A DNA stretch of 39,433 bases from a virus (Duplodnaviria > Heunggongvirae > Uroviricota > Caudoviricetes). The translations under genes were made by a program, and so were the position numbers. The stretch lies in IMG/VR virus record IMGVR_UViG_3300033463_000048, positions 1 to 39,433 of that record. One strand, written 5' to 3'. Positions 26,901-35,134 of this stretch are shown here, in pieces. Numbering within the stretch: position 1 is the stretch's first letter; every line of letters begins with the position of its first letter. The notes under the pieces are model-generated. The model did no database searches and was not told the origin of the DNA. It saw only the letters and a list, made by a program, of their open reading frames with translations.

Positions 26901-29389
26901 TTGATGCAGTTTCTACTCTATATAATTCTTGTCAACCACAAGTTACTTATGATGTAAAAGTAATTGATCTTGCGGCTCTTGATGAGTATAAGGGATATGA
27001 ATGTCATTTAGGGGATAAAACCTATATTGAGGATACTGAGTTCTTTGGTTATGTAGTTAAAAACGGAATCAAAACTCCATACCAAGAGGAGATTGTAATT
27101 ACAGAGCTTGTTTCTGTATTAGATAATCCTTCTAAGAATACGATTAAAGTACAAACAAAGAAAACTCAGTTCCAAGATTTATTCCGTAGAATTACTGCTA
27201 CTGTTCAGTCGGTTAAATTCTCTACTGGTGCATATGATCGCGCGGCAGATATGGTTACTCCTGAACTCACATTAAATACTGATTTCCTTCAAGCAAGTTT
27301 TGATAAGAACGCGATTAGAGTGACTAATGCTGCTAATGAGACAGTAGAAATTGGTGACAATGGTATTACATCTACTAATAAGAAGTCTCCTAATAATATT
27401 GTGAGAATTATTAGTGGTGGAATTTATATGTCGCGCGATGGTGGTGAGACTTGGGAGTTAGGTATTAGTCCTGAAGATGGAATTAATACGCATTTGCTTC
27501 GCGCCGGACAGATTGATACTGCTTTAATCCAAGTATATAATGGCGCGCAACCTGCATTTAGATGGGATGCGAGTGGAATTAACGCATATAATGTAGAAAC
27601 ATATGAAGGCGAATATTCAGGCGCGCCTCCTATTACGGGTTATGATTATACTAAAGCCGTTAGATTTGATAGATTTGGTATATATGGATTCCAAGATTTA
27701 GATACGGAAAATTTTAATCCTACAAGTGTAGATGATATTTATACTACGGCTGGGGTTAAATTTGCTCTTACTTGGAAAGGATTTATGTTCCACCATACAA
27801 GAGATAATGAAGGTAGTATCTATATTGGAGATTTAGATGGCAGTGAGCATTATGGTATTTCTATTTGCCAAGATGTTCAAGGGCAACCAAATGAAGTATT
27901 TAGAGCAGATGAGGCAGGTAATGTAAGTATTACTGGCGTTATTAATGCTCAAGCTGGTGGTAAATTAGGCAATTGGGATATTAATAATGATGGTATATCT
28001 GCTACTATTGGTTCTTCTTTTGTTAAGTTAGTTCCACCTACTAGTACTTCTACTGATAAGGTTCTGCAGTTTAAGTATAATGATACTGAAAAGTTTTCCG
28101 TAGATAGCGCTGGTAATGTATATGCTGGAAATATTAATGCTGCCGGTGGTGTAATTGGTGGATGTACTATTGATAGTGAAGGAAATTTAAGAGTTAATAA
28201 TGTTAATATCGATGGTGTAGATATTACAAAGATTATTTCTAACGCTGTTTCTGAAGTTACATGGCCTTCTAAGATTACTGCTACGAATATTACAGTAAGT
28301 GGTAATGGTACTTCTAAAATTGCCGGATGGTATGTAAAGGGTAATAAGTTATATCATGGCGCGGAAGATCTTACAGATACTAGCCATGTTGGTATTTGCT
28401 TAGATGCGGGTGATAGTAACAATCCTTCTGGTATATTAATTTATGAAAATACAAACAACTATTTTAAATTTTCTACTAATACGGGTTTAGAAATTAAATG
28501 TAGTGATGGTACTCATAATTTATATATAAATAATGGTAATATTTGGTCAACAGATTTAAAACTTGAGCCAAGTGGTTCAATTAAAATTGCAGTTTTTGGA
28601 GATTATTCTGCTCTTAATTTTATTAGTTATGGTAGTGTAGACATTACAGCAAGTGCAGTTGAATCTGTAACTATTGCCACAAAGAAATTAATGCCAGGTG
28701 GTAATAATCTTGCCGCACCAACTATTGGAGATAATGCACATTGGTGGACCACAGGATATTTTATAAATACCACTACCACTAATGTTACAGCTACGAGTAT
28801 TCTTCCGACTGATAATACGGGGCATATAGGAGATAGTAATAACTATTGGAATAATGGATATTTTACAACATTAAATAGTACAACATTAAATAGTACAACA
28901 TTAAATAGTACAACATTAAATGCTACAATTTTAACTCCTGTAACCGCTACGTATAGTCATATTGGTGATGATACTACACGTTGGGGCCATGCTTATTTTA
29001 GAGATTTAACCACTTCAAACCAACCAACTGTAGACTCCGATATGCGCCTTAAGAGTAATATCTCAACTCTTTCTCCTTCCTTCAAAGACCTCTTTGATAG
29101 AATTGAAGTTAAGTCTTATAACTTCATAAACGAAGTATCTCAACGCACTCACCTTGGTGTGATCGCGCAGGAAGTAGTCCAAGCAATTAAAGATTCTAAC
29201 CTTTCTAATCTTGCTTGTGTATCTTATAATGAAGAGTCGGATAAATATTCTGTTGCATATGGAGAAATCTCTATGTTACATCTTGCGCATTACAAAGATT
29301 TCTTAAAATCTTACACGAATAAAATTGCTTCTCTTGAAAAAGAAATTTCTGAGTTGAGAAAAGAAATACAAAATTTGCAAAAATCTTAA
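23921..29389 (+). CDS. Tal/baseplate hub-tail spike protein with C-terminal intramolecular chaperone (peptidase S74) (1822 aa)
   Basis: Follows Dit; hub-like N-terminus (ESVNGSYKLTF, FLIKDIRE), central coiled coil, beta-rich Gly/Asn region (GGKLGNWDI, GGVIGGCTI) and SDMRLKSNI...HLGVIAQEV plus a terminal coiled coil. Confidence 0.85.
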   Translation: MDNFGKLPYEISIWDDTHLDNNGDTLPYFREKKIAIIASDTMDTPIMAFDKNLTESVNGSYKLTFKMYYKYNDGGGLVDNPFIPYMVNERKVKLLYKNKWYEFLIKDIREESSTYTFTYALECCHIIELSKNGFNLEFDAQLKNNQGTAPELGQAVVKDTNWQLIDSNGYIDETTQRNNIVDDQGRTVKSDCIIQETKEALFEYTSTGASFYTYTMSVSDANGTQLSAQPVLMNIPSGDKIYVFYSVATTSEVGDIQFIYNSNGQYTTDSERNITNGSYFLIRNSEITRPAASYGYNIGLGGITLFTIGNVSEQYRGIRYVISKKTKYDPLTDKYVDIYTDSNDEEVYVYTELATDARENILNCISNYKDFRSTGGWKGSTLATAGTNLAKVEVVSTPDLITIFQNSVGGSTAISNVENYIPLIKIDCPNVNSVGFNTGMFDNRVQIKSYSAGQKFHCILRAKIMSSEIDPAADGLGTLSSYNGTVQVASYEINENGACVNLTTLFEFNSFSVIQSGQYVHAIATCAQDITEADAKNLKIGIFFKIPSGMRYIYLEEAWIYREVLGPNNQPIIATSQPTYDIQINTRYKGYRPSDNVDITDKEKINWCCDANSEQEFLGYNYKLQTNDNSQKILSITAKESNYFNLIQTICETFECWARFTILHNADGSVKFEEWPVGSGKYRPCKYITLHKYVGQPQYAGFRYGVNLNSIQRTLVSSSIVTKLIVKNNKNKYAPNGFCAVGLAQSNPTKQNALFNFDNYINTGLLDAQQLYYDLWDDTNGIGYYKVISAASKQYDDYTAKIEEINSILYPLKTQITEAEVGSKAAAQKIQDSKELCVSKFDCEYEDFKKGMSPRYSPTYEPAADRLNFLDGKHLQAWCSFNGENLEVQINGSTQKGFCKSQTSYKETQAFIASITTLQNEYLKYMEVLSDDPKSPKSLYDGYEAELNDLIDQRKVFVDIIEAKDKEFYNKYYRYIQEGTWIDESYVDHEKYYLDAVSTLYNSCQPQVTYDVKVIDLAALDEYKGYECHLGDKTYIEDTEFFGYVVKNGIKTPYQEEIVITELVSVLDNPSKNTIKVQTKKTQFQDLFRRITATVQSVKFSTGAYDRAADMVTPELTLNTDFLQASFDKNAIRVTNAANETVEIGDNGITSTNKKSPNNIVRIISGGIYMSRDGGETWELGISPEDGINTHLLRAGQIDTALIQVYNGAQPAFRWDASGINAYNVETYEGEYSGAPPITGYDYTKAVRFDRFGIYGFQDLDTENFNPTSVDDIYTTAGVKFALTWKGFMFHHTRDNEGSIYIGDLDGSEHYGISICQDVQGQPNEVFRADEAGNVSITGVINAQAGGKLGNWDINNDGISATIGSSFVKLVPPTSTSTDKVLQFKYNDTEKFSVDSAGNVYAGNINAAGGVIGGCTIDSEGNLRVNNVNIDGVDITKIISNAVSEVTWPSKITATNITVSGNGTSKIAGWYVKGNKLYHGAEDLTDTSHVGICLDAGDSNNPSGILIYENTNNYFKFSTNTGLEIKCSDGTHNLYINNGNIWSTDLKLEPSGSIKIAVFGDYSALNFISYGSVDITASAVESVTIATKKLMPGGNNLAAPTIGDNAHWWTTGYFINTTTTNVTATSILPTDNTGHIGDSNNYWNNGYFTTLNSTTLNSTTLNSTTLNATILTPVTATYSHIGDDTTRWGHAYFRDLTTSNQPTVDSDMRLKSNISTLSPSFKDLFDRIEVKSYNFINEVSQRTHLGVIAQEVVQAIKDSNLSNLACVSYNEESDKYSVAYGEISMLHLAHYKDFLKSYTNKIASLEKEISELRKEIQNLQKS
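28864..28921 (+). repeat. 15-bp tandem repeat (~3.9 copies) encoding (TTLNS)n
   Basis: TACAACATTAAATAG x3 followed by TACAACATTAAAT. Confidence 0.92.
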
Positions 29390-29403
29390 AAATAGATTAT
29401 AAT
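29375..29403 (+). promoter_or_regulatory. sigmaA/sigma70-type promoter
   Basis: TTGCAA (29375-29380) - 17 nt - TATAAT (29398-29403), upstream of AGGAGG and ATG 29439. Confidence 0.6.
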
Positions 29404-29438
29404 ATAATTAAAGAATAAATATAGGAGGCTTTTGCCAA

Positions 29439-29828
29439 ATGATTTTAGTTGATGCTGTAAATTTTCAATCAGTATATAATGAATTAAGTTCAATGAAACT
29501 TCCGATTAAGGTTGCTTATGGACTTCAGAAAATTTATAATTCTGTAAAGTCTGATAACGAATTCTTTGAGAATCGTATTAAGGAAATCGTTAATAGCTAT
29601 GCAAAGAAGGACGAGGAAGGCAATCCTATTCTTACTCCAGACGGCAGAGGTATCGAAGTCGAAGAAGAGAAAAAGGAACTTTGCAATAATGAAATTAGTG
29701 AGTTGTATCAGACAGAGATTACTGCTCCTGATGTAAATCTTACTCTTGAAGATCTTGCTTCGGTAGACGGACTTGAACTCACAATTCCTCAACTCGAAAT
29801 TCTTGGAAAGTTTTTGAAAGTTGAATAA
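29439..29828 (+). CDS. Small acidic protein after the tail spike (DUF1617-like, 129 aa)
   Basis: KLPIKVAYGL...YAKKDEEGNP...E..ELY..EI pattern recalled for DUF1617-type proteins that follow tail fibres; AGGAGG RBS. Confidence 0.5.
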   Translation: MILVDAVNFQSVYNELSSMKLPIKVAYGLQKIYNSVKSDNEFFENRIKEIVNSYAKKDEEGNPILTPDGRGIEVEEEKKELCNNEISELYQTEITAPDVNLTLEDLASVDGLELTIPQLEILGKFLKVE

Positions 29829-29832
29829 AAAT

Positions 29833-29862
29833 AAAAGAGACTCTTTCGAGAGTCTCTTTTTT
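29833..29862. terminator. Bidirectional rho-independent terminator between the convergent modules
   Basis: AAAAGAGACTCT-TTCG-AGAGTCTCTTTTTT, with A-tract and T-tract flanks. Confidence 0.9.
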
Positions 29863-29863
29863 A

Positions 29864-30583
29864 TTACCATTCGAAACCGGTAGAATTAAAGTTTTTATTA
29901 TAACTATTGGAAGTATATTTTCCAATTCCTATTGCATCTGCTTCATCTTCAGTTACATTTATATCATACCAACTTTTAACGATCGCGCGCATTGATGCTT
30001 TTTTATCTGCGCGCGTTTTTCCTTTCACTTTACAATGCTCGCGCCATTTAGCGGTATGACATATAATATAATCTTGACCAGATTCAACCATAGTTGCCAT
30101 TAAGATACCTTGAAGTCGTGCGAGAGTTTCAAAAGTGGTCACTCCCTTTTTCTCTTCATATTGGATACCTTCAATACCTACGCAATCAGGCTTCCATATA
30201 GCAATTAAAGACAATAACCATTGTTTAATCTGTATATCTCTTTCAATCTCTTTTGCGCCCGTCGCTTGGAATGTTCCATACGTGATTAATTTATCTCCAT
30301 CATATATAGAATATCCCGTAACCTGTGTTGCTTGATCAAGTCCTATTACACGTTTTACATTTGAGGATTTAGGAACTACGTGAGTTGGTTCTTGGTAGGT
30401 CGGATTGGATTTACATACCGGACATTCAAGTTTAGATCGAATTTTTTTATAAGGTGCATAAACTTTATGACCGTTCGCGCACTCAAATTCCATTATCTCG
30501 TCTAAATTATTATACTTCTCAGATAAAACTTTCCAACCTTTTTCTTCAAGTTCGGCTCTTATATCTTCTATTTTAAATTTCAC
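29864..30583 (-). CDS. ruvC: RuvC-like Holliday junction resolvase with an N-terminal Zn-ribbon (239 aa)
   Basis: VIGLDQATQVTGYSI, VGIEG and EDEADAIGIG catalytic pattern; N-terminal ECANGH...ECPVC; GTG start abuts the dUTPase stop. Confidence 0.8.
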   Translation of the reverse strand: MKFKIEDIRAELEEKGWKVLSEKYNNLDEIMEFECANGHKVYAPYKKIRSKLECPVCKSNPTYQEPTHVVPKSSNVKRVIGLDQATQVTGYSIYDGDKLITYGTFQATGAKEIERDIQIKQWLLSLIAIWKPDCVGIEGIQYEEKKGVTTFETLARLQGILMATMVESGQDYIICHTAKWREHCKVKGKTRADKKASMRAIVKSWYDINVTEDEADAIGIGKYTSNSYNKNFNSTGFEW

Positions 30584-31531
30584 TTAAGCCTTCCCCGTAG
30601 ACCCGAAGCCACCATCGCCCCTTTCGGTTTCATAGTTATCAAGGTTATCTACTTCAAAGAAGGCTACTTTTGGAACTTCTACCAATCTTAACTGCGCGAT
30701 ACGCTCGCCCTTACCGATTGTGTAAGAAGAACCAAATTCAATAGATTGAATCTTACCTTCCTCGTCGAAGAAAATTCCTTTGATAGGCGGATCTACATTT
30801 TCCATAATAACTCCGATTTCTCCACGATAATCCGAATCTATAAGACCGGGAGTATTGGCAATACGGAGTTTTGTTTTTAATGACATACCACTTCTTGGTT
30901 GGACAAGAATTGCATATCCTTGAGGAATTGCCATTTTAATTCCAGTTTTAACTAATACGCGCTCACCAGGCTTAACAGTATATTCTTCAGTTGAACATAC
31001 GTCCATCGCTGCCGCGCCATCTGTTTTGTACTCAGGAAGTTTAACCTCGCCTTCTTTACAAATGGGAACTGCTACAATTCTTTTTGCAATTCCTTCACAT
31101 CCAGCAACAGCGGTATAAATTACGCTAAGGGTTTCTTTTAAGAAGTCCACTTTCTTATCAGAAAGATTGCCTCTAAGTTCTTCTATTGATTCATTAAGTT
31201 CGTCAAAACTATCAGTTAAATCTTCAAGCGTATATCCATTCGCATTAAAGATGCGTGCCATTTGCATTTTATTCTCTGGCAAATTATAAAGACGTTCTAA
31301 CTCCGAAAGAAAGAAAGGAGTAATTGCGGAAAATTGATCTTCCGGTAATTGAAGAATAGCAGAAAACTCATCGGTTTCTTTGTCAGAAGTAGACGCAAGA
31401 AGCGCGGTTAATTGGCGAATTGATTCGCTTTCTTCTTCAATCGGTTTCTGCTGCGCCTCATATATAGACTGAGCAATTTTTTCTCCATCTTCGGGCTTAA
31501 CAAACCCATTAAAGTTAATTATATCTGCCAT
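30584..31531 (-). CDS. dut: Trimeric dUTPase with a ~150-aa N-terminal extension (315 aa)
   Basis: All five motifs: GAAAMDV, PRSGMS, GLIDSDYRGEIGV, GERIAQL and RGDGGFGSTG. Confidence 0.93.
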   Translation of the reverse strand: MADIINFNGFVKPEDGEKIAQSIYEAQQKPIEEESESIRQLTALLASTSDKETDEFSAILQLPEDQFSAITPFFLSELERLYNLPENKMQMARIFNANGYTLEDLTDSFDELNESIEELRGNLSDKKVDFLKETLSVIYTAVAGCEGIAKRIVAVPICKEGEVKLPEYKTDGAAAMDVCSTEEYTVKPGERVLVKTGIKMAIPQGYAILVQPRSGMSLKTKLRIANTPGLIDSDYRGEIGVIMENVDPPIKGIFFDEEGKIQSIEFGSSYTIGKGERIAQLRLVEVPKVAFFEVDNLDNYETERGDGGFGSTGKA

Positions 31532-31746
31532 TAGTCTTCACCCCATAACTCGCCAAAGATTTGAGTTACACTAACCACCCATTTCTCATCTATAATCTCG
31601 CCCTTAGCCTTTTTAGTCTTATACTCATAACCAGCCTTTTTAATAGTATAACCTTTTTCAAGAGCATCTTTTCTATATGCCTCAATAGTTTCTTTGGCTA
31701 AATCTTCAGAATTGACCTTTAATTTAGTAGTTGTTTCAAGTATCAT
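31531..31746 (-). CDS. Hypothetical protein (71 aa)
   Basis: AAGGAG RBS; TAATG-coupled to dUTPase. Confidence 0.75.
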   Translation of the reverse strand: MILETTTKLKVNSEDLAKETIEAYRKDALEKGYTIKKAGYEYKTKKAKGEIIDEKWVVSVTQIFGELWGED

Positions 31747-31758
31747 TTCTTTTCTCCT

Positions 31759-32454
31759 TTATCTCAAATCATCATAATCTATATCATTTTCATACTGTGC
31801 AAGTTCCGCAAGAAGTGAGGCGTTTTGTTCGCGCAGTATTCTGATTTCTTCTTTAAGTTTTTCCACTTCATCGTCCTTAGAATAATATGCTTCAAGCAAT
31901 TCTTTAAAATAAGGAAGATTTTCTTTCATATATTCACAGAACTCGCGCCATTCAGGTAATCTATGGTTATGGCGCTGAACATAAATATTAAGCAAACATC
32001 TATAATTTGTCGTAAGGCGCGCAGTAAGTTCAAATCCCGAAGGCACGGAATAGAGTAATCTAAGATAATTCTCCGGAGTAGGATTCTCATTATAATGATC
32101 TCTTAATTCCTCCACTATACTTATACTGCGCGGATCGGTATACTCATTAAACTGCTTATCCAAATCAAACTTTGCAATACGATGCATTGTAGATTGAGAA
32201 GTTACAAATTCAAGGAATCTATAACGCTCTGCTTCAACCCACATTTTATTAGTGCAAGTTAGGTCAAATGCGACTCTAATTCCTGTAAGAAACTGACCGT
32301 GCGCGCCGTTGCCATTTGAAGCCTTTGTCAAATTCATTGCACGCTTTATATCTTTTTCATCAGGCTCGCGCTCAACAAGTTCCGTTCTCATTGCATATCC
32401 ACTTGCAATTATACTTTCATCGAAATCGTATACTTTTAAATTTTCTATTTTCAT
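31759..32454 (-). CDS. Divergent ThyX/Thy1-like flavin-dependent enzyme (231 aa)
   Basis: AHGQFL, RYRFLEFVTSQSTMHR and NYRCLLNIYVQR..HRLPEW parallel the ThyX motif order; neighbours dUTPase and the RNR genes. Confidence 0.65.
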   Translation of the reverse strand: MKIENLKVYDFDESIIASGYAMRTELVEREPDEKDIKRAMNLTKASNGNGAHGQFLTGIRVAFDLTCTNKMWVEAERYRFLEFVTSQSTMHRIAKFDLDKQFNEYTDPRSISIVEELRDHYNENPTPENYLRLLYSVPSGFELTARLTTNYRCLLNIYVQRHNHRLPEWREFCEYMKENLPYFKELLEAYYSKDDEVEKLKEEIRILREQNASLLAELAQYENDIDYDDLR

Positions 32455-32930
32455 TAATTATACCTCTTTGCATATTGATTAGAAGAAGCGAGGTTTACAC
32501 CAAGAACACAATCTCTATGTGGAGTTTCATTTGGAATATATCTTCCATATTTTACTACGATATTATTAAATTCTAAAATCTCCTTTTTCTTTTCATCCGC
32601 TAAAACTTCTTCTTCAGTATAACCGGTATAAATTACCACATCATTTTGACAACAAAACTCATTTCTCAAAGTAGAAATAAGTTCTTTTAAATCATCTATA
32701 GAGTCAAAAGGCTCAAGTCCGCCACATACAATGGCCTTGGTTATCCCATTGGATACAAACTGTTTGCAAATTTCTTTTGCATCTATAACCACTAAATGTG
32801 GATCATCCACGAGGCTTGCGTTTTGACAAACCTCGCGACCACATTTAAATGTACAGAACGGGAAGATTAGGTACATGGCAGGTAGGCGGTAATTCACGAA
32901 ATCTTCAACGATCATTCCCCGTAGTACCAT
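32454..32930 (-). CDS. nrdG: Anaerobic RNR activating enzyme (short radical SAM, 158 aa)
   Basis: CTFKCGREVCQN, GGLEPF, VIYTGY, KYGRYIP and LASSNQ; GGAGG RBS; downstream of nrdD. Confidence 0.85.
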   Translation of the reverse strand: MVLRGMIVEDFVNYRLPAMYLIFPFCTFKCGREVCQNASLVDDPHLVVIDAKEICKQFVSNGITKAIVCGGLEPFDSIDDLKELISTLRNEFCCQNDVVIYTGYTEEEVLADEKKKEILEFNNIVVKYGRYIPNETPHRDCVLGVNLASSNQYAKRYN

Positions 32931-33174
32931 TCAATTCTTCCTCCATTGCTTTACGTCCTTCAAGATATCCTTTTGTATATTGTTTGTTGGCTTCATCCCG
33001 CACATTCTTTACAACTTCAGGGAAGAAACTGCCGATTAAATATTCAAATGTAATTGGAATTTCTTCAACTTCTTCCGCGGTCATATTATAAACTTTTGCA
33101 TTATCCTCAATTTGTTTAATCGCGTGTTTAAAAGTTTTTAATGGAACACTTCCATAAGAGTCATTCTTTTTCAT
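32905..33174 (-). CDS. Hypothetical protein between nrdD and nrdG (89 aa)
   Basis: Overlaps both neighbours; its 3' end carries the nrdG RBS. Confidence 0.65.
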   Translation of the reverse strand: MKKNDSYGSVPLKTFKHAIKQIEDNAKVYNMTAEEVEEIPITFEYLIGSFFPEVVKNVRDEANKQYTKGYLEGRKAMEEELNGTTGNDR

Positions 33175-35134
33175 TTAAATTTAAATTCTCCCACATTCTC
33201 ATTTCATATTCTTGTTTTCTTTCTTTTGACCAAGTTTTAATTGGAGTAAAGAAACCTACAATACGAGTATATTCAGTTGCTATTGGCTTACCACACTGAG
33301 GACAAATTTCTCCATAAAATGCGTGGTTATCTTCGCAAGCCTGAATGCGTGGATTAAAAGCAAAATATGTTAATCCTTGATCTGCAATATAGTTAATCAA
33401 ATCCCATGCCTTTTCAAAACTATCAAAAGGTGCGTCAATATTGATATGAGCAATAGATCCACCATTACAGTAAGAGTCAAACAAGCTAGCGATACGAATT
33501 CTCTCTACAAGAGTAGTCTTAATACCAAGAGGAATGAACTGATTTCCATAGAGAGGAAGATCTTTCACTACCTTATCCGGGAACAACATTTCATCCGCCT
33601 TCTGAAGTTTAGCCGCGCAACTTTCGCCTGGGATTTGTTCAAGGTTAATTTTGTAATCCTTATCAAGCGCGAATAATTCTTTTGTCTTATGAATTACATC
33701 AAAAATTTTCTTTCCAAACCTGTCTGCGGCTTCGGTATAGAATGTATTACCAAATTCATCAACTCTAGTGTAGCCAAACTTCTTCATTGTCTCATAGATA
33801 CCAATAATACCAATTGTATTATATAAGTGTTCAAAATCTACAAGACCATATTCAAAGTTAGGAAGTAAGCGTTTTTCTACATTACGTTTAAGAATATGTC
33901 TAACTACATCCAATACTTTACAATCCAACTCAACCATGTGGCGCAATCTAACAAGGTAATCCTGCTCTGTATCACACTCATATGCAATGCGCGCAAGATT
34001 GATGGTTGATACTTTTACAGAACCAACCTTAAGAGCAGTACCGCCAATGGAATTAAAGTAGCCCAAGTCTTCAACATTAGACTTAAGACGGCAACAGTTA
34101 GAAAGAGAGGTAACAGAGTCATCAATAAAGAAGTTAGAATCATACCAACCACTTATTTGATTTTTATCATTAATCATATTAACAATACAAATCTGTTTTA
34201 CTACCCATTTAGCATATTCTTCATCTTGGAATTTTCCATTTACTCTTAATAAAGAAGCAGAGTAGACTGGATATGTAAACATATTCTCGTTACGAATTTC
34301 TGCTTCGGTTTCCATAAAGATTTTTTGAAACCCTTTAATTTCATCAAGATAATCTATCATAAAAGTTCCGTCCGGGAACTCCGCGCCACCAAAAAGCGCT
34401 TCAAGATACGGACCATCAAAAATAGACACATTTGTAAATGCAGATTGAATACCATCACGTACATAAGGCTGGTTTACTGCATAAATAAAACGCTGAACCT
34501 GCTGACGCGCATATGCTTCGAAGAATTCTTCTGTCATTCCAAGATAATGACTTTCACAATCCTTTTTCCAAAAATAATACATATATGGAATAAGGTTTGG
34601 AAGTCCGACAGCACCTGAACTTCTGTTTGAAGCAAAACTAATATATTCCTTAATAAAGTCTACAAAGACAGATAAATGCTTTGGTGGTTTTGCATTAAAG
34701 TTCTTCATAAAGAAAAGACCTTTTTCTGCTAAATCCTTTAAGTCATATGCAAAACAATAATGAACAAAAGTCGCGGTATCGGCATCGTGAAGATATAAGC
34801 CTTTGGTCCAATCCTCTTTAAACCACTCATTCGCATCTTTGAAACCGTATTTCTTATTCATCTCATAATAGATTTTATTAAGAGATAAAACCTTTCTGTG
34901 CGGCTTAGGCATCTCATTCATTAAAGTACGCATATCCTTTGAATGAACATTTGCGCTACCATCAATGGATGCATCTGCCACGGTTTCTGTATCAATAAAA
35001 TTATCAATAAAATCGGTATAACTCAACTGAGGATCACTCAATCCATTGAGTCGTGCCATTTCCTCACCATATTCAGTCTGAAGTTTATTCCACTGAGTAG
35101 TGAAGTTCTTATTTAATCTTACGGATATATCCAT
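33161..35134 (-). CDS. nrdD: Class III (anaerobic) ribonucleotide reductase, no ATP cone (657 aa)
   Basis: GLYLHD, HYC, SGAVG, finger loop SNCCRL, GSVKVSTINL, C-terminal Zn site CEDNH...CPQC and glycyl-radical loop RIVGFF. Confidence 0.95.
   Translation of the reverse strand: MDISVRLNKNFTTQWNKLQTEYGEEMARLNGLSDPQLSYTDFIDNFIDTETVADASIDGSANVHSKDMRTLMNEMPKPHRKVLSLNKIYYEMNKKYGFKDANEWFKEDWTKGLYLHDADTATFVHYCFAYDLKDLAEKGLFFMKNFNAKPPKHLSVFVDFIKEYISFASNRSSGAVGLPNLIPYMYYFWKKDCESHYLGMTEEFFEAYARQQVQRFIYAVNQPYVRDGIQSAFTNVSIFDGPYLEALFGGAEFPDGTFMIDYLDEIKGFQKIFMETEAEIRNENMFTYPVYSASLLRVNGKFQDEEYAKWVVKQICIVNMINDKNQISGWYDSNFFIDDSVTSLSNCCRLKSNVEDLGYFNSIGGTALKVGSVKVSTINLARIAYECDTEQDYLVRLRHMVELDCKVLDVVRHILKRNVEKRLLPNFEYGLVDFEHLYNTIGIIGIYETMKKFGYTRVDEFGNTFYTEAADRFGKKIFDVIHKTKELFALDKDYKINLEQIPGESCAAKLQKADEMLFPDKVVKDLPLYGNQFIPLGIKTTLVERIRIASLFDSYCNGGSIAHINIDAPFDSFEKAWDLINYIADQGLTYFAFNPRIQACEDNHAFYGEICPQCGKPIATEYTRIVGFFTPIKTWSKERKQEYEMRMWENLNLNEKE

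Noticed and set aside
28864-28921. CRISPR-like array
   Set aside because: Contiguous 15-bp in-frame units with no spacers.
28724-29000. Diversity-generating retroelement TR/VR pair at the spike tip
   Set aside because: Differences between modules are not confined to adenines, and there is no reverse transcriptase in the window.
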